From: Candidatus Omnitrophota bacterium
GTDB lineage: Bacteria; Omnitrophota; Gorgyraeia; Gygaellales; Profunditerraquicolaceae
DNA: 61,093 bases
Assembly: GCA_016867115.1 (NCBI GenBank)
Contig: VGKG01000006.1
Span: 1 to 61,093, forward strand
Direction of reading: 5' to 3'
The notes under the pieces were generated by a model that was not told the DNA's origin, did no database searches, and saw nothing but the letters and a program-made list of their open reading frames with translations. The position numbers and the translations under genes are program-made. This document shows, one piece after another, positions 1 to 9,900 of the stretch; position 1 is the stretch's first letter, and each line of letters starts with the position of its first letter.

Positions 1-1431
1 GTGATCATCATCATGGCCATGGTCACGGTGAACCTCTCCAAGGTCGCCCTGATCAAGACCGAGACCTCTAATGCCGCAGATGCCGGAGCCATAGCCGCCG
101 GCTCAGCCATGGCCAGCCTCTTTAACAGCCTGGCCCAGGCTAATTCCTACATGATCACCGCTTATGAGGAGTTTATGGTCGAGGTCAGTGTTTTGTTTAT
201 TGAAGCCGTGGTTGCGTTGGTGACTGCGCAGTTAGAAGTAGCTACGGCCATAACGGAATTTGGTGTCGCAGAAGCGGAGTTAGATGTGGCATTAGCAGAG
301 ATAGGTTCGGCCATAGGTTTGGCGTATGAGCTGCCGGGTGCGGCAGCGCTGGACGCGGCGGCAGCAATCGTTACCCTCGGTGCTGCTGAAGCAGCCCTTG
401 CCTTAGCTGAAACAGCGGTTGCTGCAGCAATAGTAGCGATAGGAGATTTTATCAGTACTATGTGGGGCATCCTTATCTCCGTAACTGCCTTTTACGGCGC
501 CCAGTATTACATCTATTGCAACCTGCGCGATACGGCGGAAGAAGGCCGCTACAGCGCCCTCAAGATGGGGCATGGATATGCCTTCTCTAACAGCGGCACC
601 GCCGGCAAGCTCACTGACTCCCAGAAGGATGATTTCGAGGCCTTCACCGATGCTATCAGCGACGACGATACCCCCGCTGAGACTTATACCTATTCCTGGA
701 GTGACGGACAGGGGAGGGGTCACTCCGTGACCACCAATGTCACCACCCAGCTTCTGGACCATTTTCAGCTGCAGGTGGCGCTCCTGCCCTTTCCGGTGGA
801 AGAAGCGGATTTGATCGCAATTATTACGTTAGCAGAGATTGTCGAGGGTGAGCTGGGTACTGTGGCCGCAACATTCCTGACGATGACGATAAAGCTTGTT
901 CTTGCAGAGATACTCCTTTTTATCGCGGAGATCGTTTTATGGGTGGCCGAAGTCTTTCAGGTCATCTGTTGCGGATGCGGGCCGTGGTGTCCGTATTGCT
1001 GCGCTGCCTGCGCCCTCTGGATCGCCTGGTCTTCTATCGGAGCCGGGCTTTTGGGGGCTGCCGAGGGGCTGGTGGCTGCGGTAGCGGTAACAGTCGCCGC
1101 AAATCTAGTTCTTCTGGGAACGGTGGAAGGGGAGTTGATCGCTCTTGATATCATGGTGGCTGCTGCCTGGGCAGGCCTGGCGCCGGGAGACATCGTGGAT
1201 AGCACCAGCTGCGGGGATGCCTGGACATGGATCATTCTCTGGATGGTTGACCTGGTGCATGACCGCAGGATCTCGGTCAGCTGCGCCCAAAGCCACGGAG
1301 GCGGTGATTACGGCTTCTGGGAGACCACCTATCCGGATACCTATAGCTCTGCCACGGTTGATTTTAGCGGTAACGGGGATATCTATGAGCCGGTGATGCG
1401 TTATGATGCTTCTATAGTCTCGGTAGAATAA
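1..1431 (+). CDS. Tad/Flp pilus assembly TadG/TadE-like protein (probably 5'-truncated by the window edge)
   Basis: N-terminal 'MVTVNLSKVALIKTETSNAADAGAIAAG' matches the Tad N-terminal pattern (hydrophobic helix then K..L/T-Q/S-NAADA-A/G-ALA-G). It is followed by long Ala/Glu-rich helices and a Cys cluster, ICCGCGPWCPYCCAAC. Confidence 0.75.
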   Translation: MIIIMAMVTVNLSKVALIKTETSNAADAGAIAAGSAMASLFNSLAQANSYMITAYEEFMVEVSVLFIEAVVALVTAQLEVATAITEFGVAEAELDVALAEIGSAIGLAYELPGAAALDAAAAIVTLGAAEAALALAETAVAAAIVAIGDFISTMWGILISVTAFYGAQYYIYCNLRDTAEEGRYSALKMGHGYAFSNSGTAGKLTDSQKDDFEAFTDAISDDDTPAETYTYSWSDGQGRGHSVTTNVTTQLLDHFQLQVALLPFPVEEADLIAIITLAEIVEGELGTVAATFLTMTIKLVLAEILLFIAEIVLWVAEVFQVICCGCGPWCPYCCAACALWIAWSSIGAGLLGAAEGLVAAVAVTVAANLVLLGTVEGELIALDIMVAAAWAGLAPGDIVDSTSCGDAWTWIILWMVDLVHDRRISVSCAQSHGGGDYGFWETTYPDTYSSATVDFSGNGDIYEPVMRYDASIVSVE

Positions 1432-1462
1432 AATGGAAAATAATACTCACGGAGGTGCAAAG

Positions 1463-2407
1463 ATGTTTTTCGGGGTAAAGAGAGCAGGGCTGATACTGAT
1501 TGCCGCAATCATACTTTTTTCCGGCATAGATTCGGGTGATGCTGCCCGGTGGGATTCAGGCAGCCTTCCGGTCCCGGCCAAGACCGAGAAGATGAAGGAG
1601 GAGAAGCGGCTGGTAGGAGGAACAGAATACATCTTTACTTATTATTCCAGCAGCCTTGAGCCTGCGGGCGTAAAGGATTTTTACCGCACAAAACTTACTG
1701 CCCTGGGCTGGCAGGAGCGTGATTTCAAGGCTGACCTGGAGAACATAAAAACGATGGCCGCAATCAGGCCGGATGCGTTCAGCAAGATGCTGGAGCAGAA
1801 CCTTATTTTCATTAAGGAGAATAAAAGGATCATCATAAGCTTCATTCCTGAAGGCGCTTCCGGGGCCACGGATAAACGTATCAAGTTCAGTGTCTGCGTG
1901 GGGGATGCTTCTATTCCTAAGGGAGGCCAGAAGGGCTCTGTCCCCGAACTCCTCACTAAGCCTAAAAGGGAAGTGGCGCCGGTATATCCGGGAGCAAAGC
2001 TGGTGAGGGCAACGGAAGACGAGCGCATCTCAAGGCTCGCCTATTTGTCCGGGGATAAGATGGAGAAGATCGCCCGTTTTTACAAGGATAAGATGCCGGC
2101 CCTGGGCTTTAGCCTGGTCAATGAGAAGCCGTTTGAGGAGATCAGCGGTAAAGATACAATGCCTAAGGATTGCCCTACCTGCGCGCAGAAATCGCCTGTC
2201 CCGATGAAGATCGCGATACATAAGCTCAGCTTTATGAACGCCAAGAGAGATACCTGTAATATCGTCCTGACCAAGATCGATCTTCCGGATAACTTTCAGT
2301 CTTTGGCTAAGGGGGTAGAGGATATAGCCAAAGGGCTCGGTGAGACAGTGAGCGTAAAAATGGATTATACGAATATAATGGTAGACTATGAAAAAGCTAA
2401 AAAGTAA
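1463..2407 (+). CDS. Exported hypothetical protein with two duplicated domains and a CxxC motif
   Basis: SD GGAGGTG at 1451-1457 favours ATG 1463 over 1433. Signal-like 'KRAGLILIAAIILFSG'. Internal duplication YYSSSLEPAGVKDFYRTKLTALGW / YLSGDKMEKIARFYKDKMPALGF. CPTC motif. Confidence 0.75.
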   Translation: MFFGVKRAGLILIAAIILFSGIDSGDAARWDSGSLPVPAKTEKMKEEKRLVGGTEYIFTYYSSSLEPAGVKDFYRTKLTALGWQERDFKADLENIKTMAAIRPDAFSKMLEQNLIFIKENKRIIISFIPEGASGATDKRIKFSVCVGDASIPKGGQKGSVPELLTKPKREVAPVYPGAKLVRATEDERISRLAYLSGDKMEKIARFYKDKMPALGFSLVNEKPFEEISGKDTMPKDCPTCAQKSPVPMKIAIHKLSFMNAKRDTCNIVLTKIDLPDNFQSLAKGVEDIAKGLGETVSVKMDYTNIMVDYEKAKK

Positions 2408-3119
2408 ACGGGCGCAGCACTTGATGGAGTATGCGGTCTTATTTGCGCTGGTAGCGGCAGCGCTGGTAGGGATGCGCGTATTTTTCACCCGCGCAGTGCA
2501 GGAGAAGTTCCGCCAGTCAGCGGATGTCTTTGGCGGCGGGGAGCAGTATTCTCCGGGAAGGACCAGTACTTCCGGTGGCGGCATGAGTCAAGGGATGAGT
2601 GCCGGTTCAGCCAGCAGGAGCTCGGGTTCGGGCTTATCCGGCGGCTCAAGCGGCGAGGCAGGCGGGACTTTTGACTGGCATGACTGGCAGGAGGAGGTCA
2701 CAGAGGAGGTAACAGAGCAGGAGACGGATTGCGCCAGCCTCAATGCCACAGTGAACACCGCAAACAGCCAGATAGGCGAGTTAAACAGCAATATCGCAGA
2801 CCTGGATTCTCAGGTCGTCGAGATGGAGAATTACGAGGCGGAGTTCAGGCAGCGGGCATATATTGCATATCTCTTTGGGACAGAGTGTTCAGGGGAAGAG
2901 TGGGATGAGATGGCGGATGAATTTGATGTGGATCCGGTGAGCCAGAATATACTCGGCCAGAATGTCTACCGCAAAGGCGATCTTTATACGGCGGTTGCCG
3001 ACAGGCTGGATGCGTCAGCTGCAGACTGCCGGACAAGAAGGGCGCAATTAGTGGCCCAGAGAGACGCCCTGCAGCAGACAGTAAACTCAACAAGCTCGGG
3101 TTATCCGGAATGTTTCTAG
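2388..3119 (+). CDS. Flp/TadE-like (pseudo)pilin with class III signal peptide and C-terminal coiled coil
   Basis: 'KSKRAQHLMEYAVLFALVAAALVGMRVFF' fits the prepilin pattern: basic leader, A/G-Q cleavage site, E+5/Y+6, hydrophobic helix. A Gly/Ser linker and Cys-containing coiled coil follow. Overlaps the previous gene by 20 nt. Confidence 0.8.
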   Translation: MKKLKSKRAQHLMEYAVLFALVAAALVGMRVFFTRAVQEKFRQSADVFGGGEQYSPGRTSTSGGGMSQGMSAGSASRSSGSGLSGGSSGEAGGTFDWHDWQEEVTEEVTEQETDCASLNATVNTANSQIGELNSNIADLDSQVVEMENYEAEFRQRAYIAYLFGTECSGEEWDEMADEFDVDPVSQNILGQNVYRKGDLYTAVADRLDASAADCRTRRAQLVAQRDALQQTVNSTSSGYPECF

Positions 3120-3129
3120 AGGAGCTTAA

Positions 3130-6100
3130 ATGAGACATAGCAAATGGACAAAGATGCTCGGGTTTAAGATAGCGGCGGCAAGTATCGCCGGCATCTTTTT
3201 GTTCACTTGCGTCTGCCCTCGCCAGGCCCTGGCTGCCAGAAGCGAGGCAGGCGGCGGGGAACTGGAAGAGTTTGATATCGAAAGGGTCCTCACCAGCGTC
3301 GGGATCTCCATCGGCATCGCCTATGTCGGCAGCCTGATCAGCTCGACCTGGAACGCAGCTACTACGGCAGCGAATGCCGCAAATACCGCGGAAAAAGCCG
3401 TCGAGACGGCAGAGAAGATAGAGAAACAGCTTGAGGCAGCGGAAAAAGCAGGAGAGGCGCTGGAAAAGATCGAGAAGCTCGAGCGGCAGGCGGCACAAGC
3501 TGCCGAGGCAGCTAAGAAAGCGACGGAAGTGGCTTCTAAGACTTCGGTATTGAAGGGAGCCTGGGAGGGAGCGAAAAAGGCGATGTCCCTGAAGAGCATA
3601 CTTAGCACGGTCAGGAATGCCTATAATACCTATGTCGCCACTTATCAGGTCGCCCGGCTGATCGGCGCCATGGGCGCTTACTATGACTGGAGCAACCGGA
3701 CTACTTATATCCTTACTCTGGTAGCATGTGCTGCGGTCGCCGGATTCCTTAACCCCGAGAGCTCAACCGGAAGAGACCTGGATACCCAGCAGACAGTCTA
3801 CACTGACAATCCACAGGTGGCCGAGGCCTTGGGCGGAGAGGGAGCTATTGATACGACCAACCTTTCTCCCGAATATCAGGATATGGTTCAGAGCATGCGT
3901 GATTCGGGCATGACCGATGCCCAGATCAACAGGGGGCTGACTGTTCAATACGGTTCGGATTGGACTAATTACAAAGCCTATAGCATCACGCCTACGCCGA
4001 ATGCTAGCTATGTAGTGCAATACGAACCCAATGCCTCTGCTACGAAGACCTATTTAAATAATGAAGGCATACAGTATTCTTCCGGCACAATGCCTACTGT
4101 GAGCCCTGACGGAGTAACGCTTCAGTCTACGACCACGGTTTCCTCCTCTGGTATAACCTCTGAGCTGACTGTCGGCGGGATCAATTCGGCTAATGTCATT
4201 GTCGCTCCTGCGCGCACGATCTCGGTCTTGCAGCGGTTAGAGGGCGCGGCTATCGGAGCAATGGGCGGAGCAGCCTATGGCGGGGCAGTAGTGGCTATTG
4301 ACGGAGATAAGATCGACGATGATGACGAAGATACTAACCCGGGAGTCGGCGCGCAGATCGCCGGCATCGTTGCCGGTGAGCTGGCTATGAACTTGGGCCG
4401 GACCGTCTTTAACCCGGCGACCTACGATCATAAGACTCTGGGCACATACCAGTCCGAGAATAAGACAGAGGTCCAGAAGACGGCTGCGGCCAATAATACC
4501 GATACCTACGATTTCACCAAGGAGAACTATTACAAGGTTACAGACGTCAGTACTGACGGGATAGCGAAGGTTGACCAGAATACCACCTTAAACAGCGAGT
4601 TCGATTATGAACATCTTTCTCCACGCTATCAGTATCAGCAGTCTGCACCGGGCAGGATCACAGTCACGGATACGCAGGCGGATCTTACTGCCGGTGAGAT
4701 CGCGCTGAATATCGGCAGGGGCACATTCCTGACCACTGCCCAGAACTGGCCTTCTTTAGCTGCTCAATCCGTAGGGGTCTATGCTGCCAGTCGTATAACC
4801 GATGAGGACGATGAAAAGTGGAAACCGCTGGTTAGCGGCCTGGCCCAGGCAGTTACCCAGCCTATATTCAGCGGCACGCAGATGATGGTAGACTGGACAA
4901 ATCCCAGCCTCTATTTCGGGGATAATCAGGATATCATCCAGGCGCGTATAGAGCATGCGCATCAGCTAAGGACCCTGGGCCTGGATAATAAGTCAAACGA
5001 AGTTTATGAAGCTTTGAGCGTTGAGGGCGGAGCAGTTGACCGGTTGGAGTCAGACCTTGCCCGGATCGACGAAATGCCCGCAAGTACAACCGAACAGATC
5101 CAGGCAAGGCAGGCTGAGATCGATGCGGCCTGCAGCCGTTATCTGAATCAGGCAGCTAAAGATACGGGCGTAGACAGGAAAGTGTTAGAGAAAGGGTTCT
5201 GGAAGCCGAGCGCCACCGCGGATCTGGTCACCTTTGATCCGAAACAGGTGCGTGATAATCTTGTCAGCGCTTCTAATGTCGCAGATACGCGGGCGATGAA
5301 AGCGGAATTAGAGCATCTTGCCCGCAGCACCGAACCGACTAGCTGGGCAGATGTGATCCGTAACCGGACCATCTCCGAAATGAGAAGGTTCTATTCCGAA
5401 AGCCCAAGACACCTCGGCAATACTAACGGCCTGGAGGCAGGATTAGAAAGTGTCGGCACAAGCAGGTGGGAATTATTCGCAAACAGCGTCGGACAAAACT
5501 GGAGGAGCGGCATCTTCAGCGCCACAGTTTCAGGCCTGGCCAGCGCCGGGATGAGTAGCTTTACGGATGCGAATAAAAACAGTTCGCTCACCCAGATCGC
5601 CGGTTCTTACGCGGCGAACCAGTTGAGCGCTGCGGTTACCGGCATTGCCCAGTATTACGGCTGGAACCATACGACCAACAAGTGGGACTGGAACAATCAC
5701 CTGGATTTTGTCATGCCTACGCAGTATACGGTCTCACCGCTTAATTCCGATGGCTCAAGAAATCCCAATTTTAATTATGTCCAGTTCAAGTTGGATCAGT
5801 CCAGCTACAGCGACCAGTTGCAGAACTTCTGGAGGTTCGCCGCATTGAACAACTGCGATCCCGGCACCTTTAACCGTTATACCGGAAAATACCACGGCGG
5901 GACAAATATGGCTTATATGCCGCAGGAGACCTGGATCCTGGATAACAGCGCAGACGGCGGCCACTGGGATACCGAGCATCACTGGATCGCCTATGCGCAC
6001 GCAAGCGACCAGCATCCGAGCCTGGCCTTCAGCGTGGCCACCAATATGGCCCAGGCAAATCAGGAATACCTGGCCGGCTTATTGTCTTTCGGCGCGCCGA

Positions 6101-6990
6101 TAATGCGCGACAGCCAGGACAGGTATTCTATAGGCCTTCGGCCTGAGCAGATCAGCCCGCAGACATTCATGAGTTATGTCTTTAATTCCGACACATCGCT
6201 TACCAGCCTTGCCCAGGCAGAAGACGGCATAGAAGGCGTGATCACGACCCTGGCTACCGAAGCAAATAAGAACTCCATTGCCAACAGATGGACGCAGACC
6301 TTCCTGCAGATACCTTATGTGGCATTAGTCACGCATATGCGTCCGGAGAGGCTGGTCATGCGCGAGAACCTGACGGTGGTGGATGAGCCGCTGGCCAAAT
6401 ATACCTATGACCGCAATACCTATGAAAGGATGCAGATAGCCTGGAATGCAGGAGATTATTCGGTCACCGTCTTTGACGGTTACCGCAATCCGCAGATCCA
6501 TGAAAAGTGGGAAGAGGGAGATTTTGTCAAGAATCCGTATTATCCCGAATATGCCCGGATGGACTTTATTCCGGAATCCAAACTCAGCTATTCGGATGAC
6601 CTGGCTTTAGGACTATATTATCAGGATCCGGCCCAGTCTTGGACCTACAGAGGCACGGATAATATTGACTTCACGCAGACCGTAGGCACCCAGCAGCTGC
6701 TTACGCATGAGCTTTCCAATGACGCGATACTGCAGACTTTAAGCTACGGCAGCGGCGCGCCTTTGTTGAATGTTACCTTCTGGTCGCCTTATCCTAATCC
6801 GATGTATTCGCCGGCTTCACAGACCGGTCCGATCTGGCACTTACAGAATAACCTTTCTTCCACGTCTCTTACTCCGGCTCTGCCTCCGGCGCCGTCTAAC
6901 ACGCCTAACATGCCGGATAGCGATTTAAGTACTGGTAGCAGTTATATTGCCGGAACAGGTTCATCTTTTGACAGCGGTTCAATGAATTAA
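3130..6990 (+). CDS. Large secreted/membrane hypothetical protein (1286 aa)
   Basis: Long ORF with SD GGAG at ~3121 and Sec-type signal ending in ALA. Contains an Ala/Glu/Lys coiled coil and several Gly/Ala-rich hydrophobic hairpins. No family recognised. Confidence 0.85.
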   Translation: MRHSKWTKMLGFKIAAASIAGIFLFTCVCPRQALAARSEAGGGELEEFDIERVLTSVGISIGIAYVGSLISSTWNAATTAANAANTAEKAVETAEKIEKQLEAAEKAGEALEKIEKLERQAAQAAEAAKKATEVASKTSVLKGAWEGAKKAMSLKSILSTVRNAYNTYVATYQVARLIGAMGAYYDWSNRTTYILTLVACAAVAGFLNPESSTGRDLDTQQTVYTDNPQVAEALGGEGAIDTTNLSPEYQDMVQSMRDSGMTDAQINRGLTVQYGSDWTNYKAYSITPTPNASYVVQYEPNASATKTYLNNEGIQYSSGTMPTVSPDGVTLQSTTTVSSSGITSELTVGGINSANVIVAPARTISVLQRLEGAAIGAMGGAAYGGAVVAIDGDKIDDDDEDTNPGVGAQIAGIVAGELAMNLGRTVFNPATYDHKTLGTYQSENKTEVQKTAAANNTDTYDFTKENYYKVTDVSTDGIAKVDQNTTLNSEFDYEHLSPRYQYQQSAPGRITVTDTQADLTAGEIALNIGRGTFLTTAQNWPSLAAQSVGVYAASRITDEDDEKWKPLVSGLAQAVTQPIFSGTQMMVDWTNPSLYFGDNQDIIQARIEHAHQLRTLGLDNKSNEVYEALSVEGGAVDRLESDLARIDEMPASTTEQIQARQAEIDAACSRYLNQAAKDTGVDRKVLEKGFWKPSATADLVTFDPKQVRDNLVSASNVADTRAMKAELEHLARSTEPTSWADVIRNRTISEMRRFYSESPRHLGNTNGLEAGLESVGTSRWELFANSVGQNWRSGIFSATVSGLASAGMSSFTDANKNSSLTQIAGSYAANQLSAAVTGIAQYYGWNHTTNKWDWNNHLDFVMPTQYTVSPLNSDGSRNPNFNYVQFKLDQSSYSDQLQNFWRFAALNNCDPGTFNRYTGKYHGGTNMAYMPQETWILDNSADGGHWDTEHHWIAYAHASDQHPSLAFSVATNMAQANQEYLAGLLSFGAPIMRDSQDRYSIGLRPEQISPQTFMSYVFNSDTSLTSLAQAEDGIEGVITTLATEANKNSIANRWTQTFLQIPYVALVTHMRPERLVMRENLTVVDEPLAKYTYDRNTYERMQIAWNAGDYSVTVFDGYRNPQIHEKWEEGDFVKNPYYPEYARMDFIPESKLSYSDDLALGLYYQDPAQSWTYRGTDNIDFTQTVGTQQLLTHELSNDAILQTLSYGSGAPLLNVTFWSPYPNPMYSPASQTGPIWHLQNNLSSTSLTPALPPAPSNTPNMPDSDLSTGSSYIAGTGSSFDSGSMN

Positions 6991-7084
6991 TGATCTGATT
7001 TCAAGGGAGGAAGCGCAGGCGAGGGTCCCGCGGTAAATACAGCTGTTCTTTGCGCTTCCTCTGTAATTTACCCCAGTTGGGGTT

Positions 7085-7160
7085 GGCCGGGCTGCTGAAG
7101 GCCTCTTAAGGAGAGAGAAATTTCTTTAAAAGAGCGCCGTAAGCAGCCCGGCCCTTTTTT
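7085..7160 (+). terminator. Long stem-loop with U-tract (putative intrinsic terminator/attenuator)
   Basis: GGCCGGGCTGCT (7085-7096) pairs with AGCAGCCCGGCC (7142-7153), with an imperfect inner stem, followed by CTTTTTT. Confidence 0.55.
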
Positions 7161-7183
7161 CGGGCCGGCCTTACGGAGGGAAA

Positions 7184-8827
7184 ATGTATACCAAGCCACG
7201 GCCGGGCCAACGGAGTTTGGCAGGAAAAAGGTATATTTCTATTTATAAGCCAGCATCAGGCGCATTGGCCTCGATCCTGGCTATTCTTTTAGCCTTTTCA
7301 CCCGCCCTGGCAGGCAAATACTCTACCTCGGCAAGCTGGAGCGACGGCGTCGGGGACTATTCGACCGGAAGTTTCTCTATCTCTGCCGGCATGTCCGTGC
7401 CTCAGATACCCAGTTTCTCCACCACCAACATCACCCCGACCTATTATTTCCCGACCGATATGAAGGTCAATGCCGCAGGCTTCACCACTGACGCAGGAGC
7501 CTTTATCAATCCCACCGCAGTCGCCTTTGTGGACCCGCCTAAGATAGTAGACCCTACTACGGATAAACGCTTTCCCCAGGGCGTAGCCATGGTCACCTTT
7601 ACCAATGGCCTTGACGGCACCATGTGGCAGGCCTCCGATAATACCCATATCCCCGCCTATGTCAGCGATATGGACCGCCAGATGATGGATATCCAGCCGG
7701 CAAAGGCAACCCGGCTCATGGGCGTAGATATCCCCACTGCCAATGTCGCCTACGGCGAATGGAAGGGCAATGTCAACAACATCACCTACCAGAACATCGC
7801 CTTCCTGAACGAGAACCTGGTTAACAGCATAGATGCAAACGACGCCACTGTCTGCGCCCAGCAGCTGGCCAAGAATCCGCAAAACATAGAACCCATGGCC
7901 TACAACTACACTAATCTTCCCGGAGACAAGGTGGCAGCGATCTACCTTACCACGCCTGACCAGACCGCCCACTTTAGCTACTCCACCGGCGCCTATGTGA
8001 TGCCGGGGGATCTTCTGATAGGGACAGGAGAGAACTATGTCAAAGGCCTGGGCGTAGATGTGGAAACTCGGGATACTGTCTGGAAGCCTGCCCGGCGTAT
8101 CGGCGAGCAGATAATCGAGGAGACCGCGACCTCGCGTTCATTCTATCGCAGAGAACTTGAACCGCAATACCAGCTTGATATAAGCCAGCAGGGCAACATC
8201 AGCCCGCGCCACGCTGTCAAAGACAGGTTCACTAACGGCCAGGAAGAGATGATTTCTGATACGATGAAATTTGTTCTCAATCCGGGAAAAGGGACTTTAG
8301 CCGACGGCGTTGCCAGCGTGGCTAAACTGGCAGAGTTAGGCCAGATCGCTACAAAAGAGGAACAGAAAATGGTCCTGGATACCCTAAAGACAGTTACTGA
8401 CATCCGGCAGAAAGACATCCAACCCCAACCCTTTGACGAAGAAGCATTCAATGCGCAAGTGAGTAGCCCCGATATGTTCAGGATGTGGATTTCCGCGCAA
8501 ACGGCAGATACTTTAATGGCTGACAGGCTGGCTAAAATAAGCACAAATAAAACCGCGACTATCGGCGATTTTGTTTCCGCGGCTACCCCGGATCTGATAA
8601 ATGTCGCTGACACTGATTATAAAAGAGACGCACTGGCATATACATTGCGCTACATCGCAGAAAAGGGCTGGTTGAACGTGCCCATAACAAATGTTACTAC
8701 TCTGTCCAGGCAGTTAGATCAACTCAGCGATGTCGGGGCTCCGAATGATAAGGTGATATACAGGGGTAATACCGTGCCAGTCCCTGAGCCATCTTCTAAA
8801 AGCCTAAGCCCTGCCGCGTTATTTTAA
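7184..8827 (+). CDS. Secreted protein, paralog of the N-terminal mature domain of the giant protein
   Basis: SD GGAGGG. Signal peptide ...LLAFSPALA|GKYSTSASWSDG. Shares PSFSTTNITPTYYFPTDM, FINP, FLNENL and GAYxxPGD with the giant ORF (12457-13200). Ends with VPVPEPSS. Confidence 0.9.
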   Translation: MYTKPRPGQRSLAGKRYISIYKPASGALASILAILLAFSPALAGKYSTSASWSDGVGDYSTGSFSISAGMSVPQIPSFSTTNITPTYYFPTDMKVNAAGFTTDAGAFINPTAVAFVDPPKIVDPTTDKRFPQGVAMVTFTNGLDGTMWQASDNTHIPAYVSDMDRQMMDIQPAKATRLMGVDIPTANVAYGEWKGNVNNITYQNIAFLNENLVNSIDANDATVCAQQLAKNPQNIEPMAYNYTNLPGDKVAAIYLTTPDQTAHFSYSTGAYVMPGDLLIGTGENYVKGLGVDVETRDTVWKPARRIGEQIIEETATSRSFYRRELEPQYQLDISQQGNISPRHAVKDRFTNGQEEMISDTMKFVLNPGKGTLADGVASVAKLAELGQIATKEEQKMVLDTLKTVTDIRQKDIQPQPFDEEAFNAQVSSPDMFRMWISAQTADTLMADRLAKISTNKTATIGDFVSAATPDLINVADTDYKRDALAYTLRYIAEKGWLNVPITNVTTLSRQLDQLSDVGAPNDKVIYRGNTVPVPEPSSKSLSPAALF

Positions 8828-9058
8828 GCTTTAGGGACGGTTCTAATTAAAATTACGCCTTGGCGCACAATAAGTTACGACAAGGCCATTTACGATATGT
8901 TTATTCAGATGGGAGGGGTCTCTTGTTAGGTCGGGACAGGTCCCTTAGCCAAGCAAGTTAATAGCTCTGGCGGGATCTGTCCCATAGCTAAAATTTTTTA
9001 GTTAGATTTTCCTCCTTTTTGCGTCTATTAGTGTAGAAAGTAGAAAGGAGGATTTTTA

Positions 9059-9640
9059 ATGCCTAGAGCCGCACGAGTCATCCCGCCTGAAGGATTCCTG
9101 CATGTTATCTCAAGAGGCAATAACCGCAGGAAATTATTTCTTAGGCCATCAGATTTCAAAGTTTATCTGCGTCAACTAAGAAAGCTCAAATACGAAGAAT
9201 CAATCAGTGTCTTTCACTACTGTTTGATGCCTACCCACATCCATCTTTTAGTGGGGATTATTCAAAATAGCGATCTCTCCAGATTCATGAAGCGGCTAAA
9301 CCTGAAATATTTTTTCCACTACCAGAAAAGATACGGGTATCTTGGCCATTTATGGCAAGACCGGTTCAAGAGCAAATTAATCGAGTACGATACGTACCTA
9401 GTGCAGTGCGGAAAATATATTGAATTGAATCCGGTGCGGGCAAATCTCGTCAGCTCAGCTGCGGATTATCCTTATTCGAGTTACCGCTATTACGCCTTGG
9501 GGTTTGAGGATAAGCTTATCGATAACGACCCTCTATATTTAGATCTAAGCACTGATGCAGCGCAAAGAAGGTTGATTTATCAGAAGATGCTGCTGGATGA
9601 GATTGCCTGCGAGGAAAAGTTACAGAAGGGCATTTTTTAA
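9059..9640 (+). mobile_element. REP-associated tyrosine transposase (RAYT; IS200/IS605-like Y1 HUH)
   Basis: MPRAAR start, HVISRGNNR, HUH motif THIHLLV, HLWQDRFKS, YIELNPVRANLV, YPYSSY. SD AAGGAGG. Confidence 0.9.
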
Positions 9641-9900
9641 CCTATGGACTACAATGGGTTAGGAAGCGAAGAACCGTCCCCATAGGACTACAAGGAGGTT
9701 AAGATGTTTGATTCCTATGCCATAAGGTTTAACGAAAAGTTAAGAAAAAACAGATGCAGCAGCTGCAAAGGTTGCGATAAGGTTACCTCATCAGAGCAGT
9801 GCCTCTGGCATTGCGATAAGTGGTTCGCATTAAAGGTCAGGCAGGTGTCTTTGCGCCTCAAGCGGAATTAAAGGAACGTCCGAGAAAAAGGGGGATTAAT

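Noticed and set aside
7298-7972. 224-aa minus-strand ORF (and similar ones at 2030-2584, 2845-3498, 44989-45651)
   Set aside because: Antisense to well-supported plus-strand genes, with no recognisable motifs.
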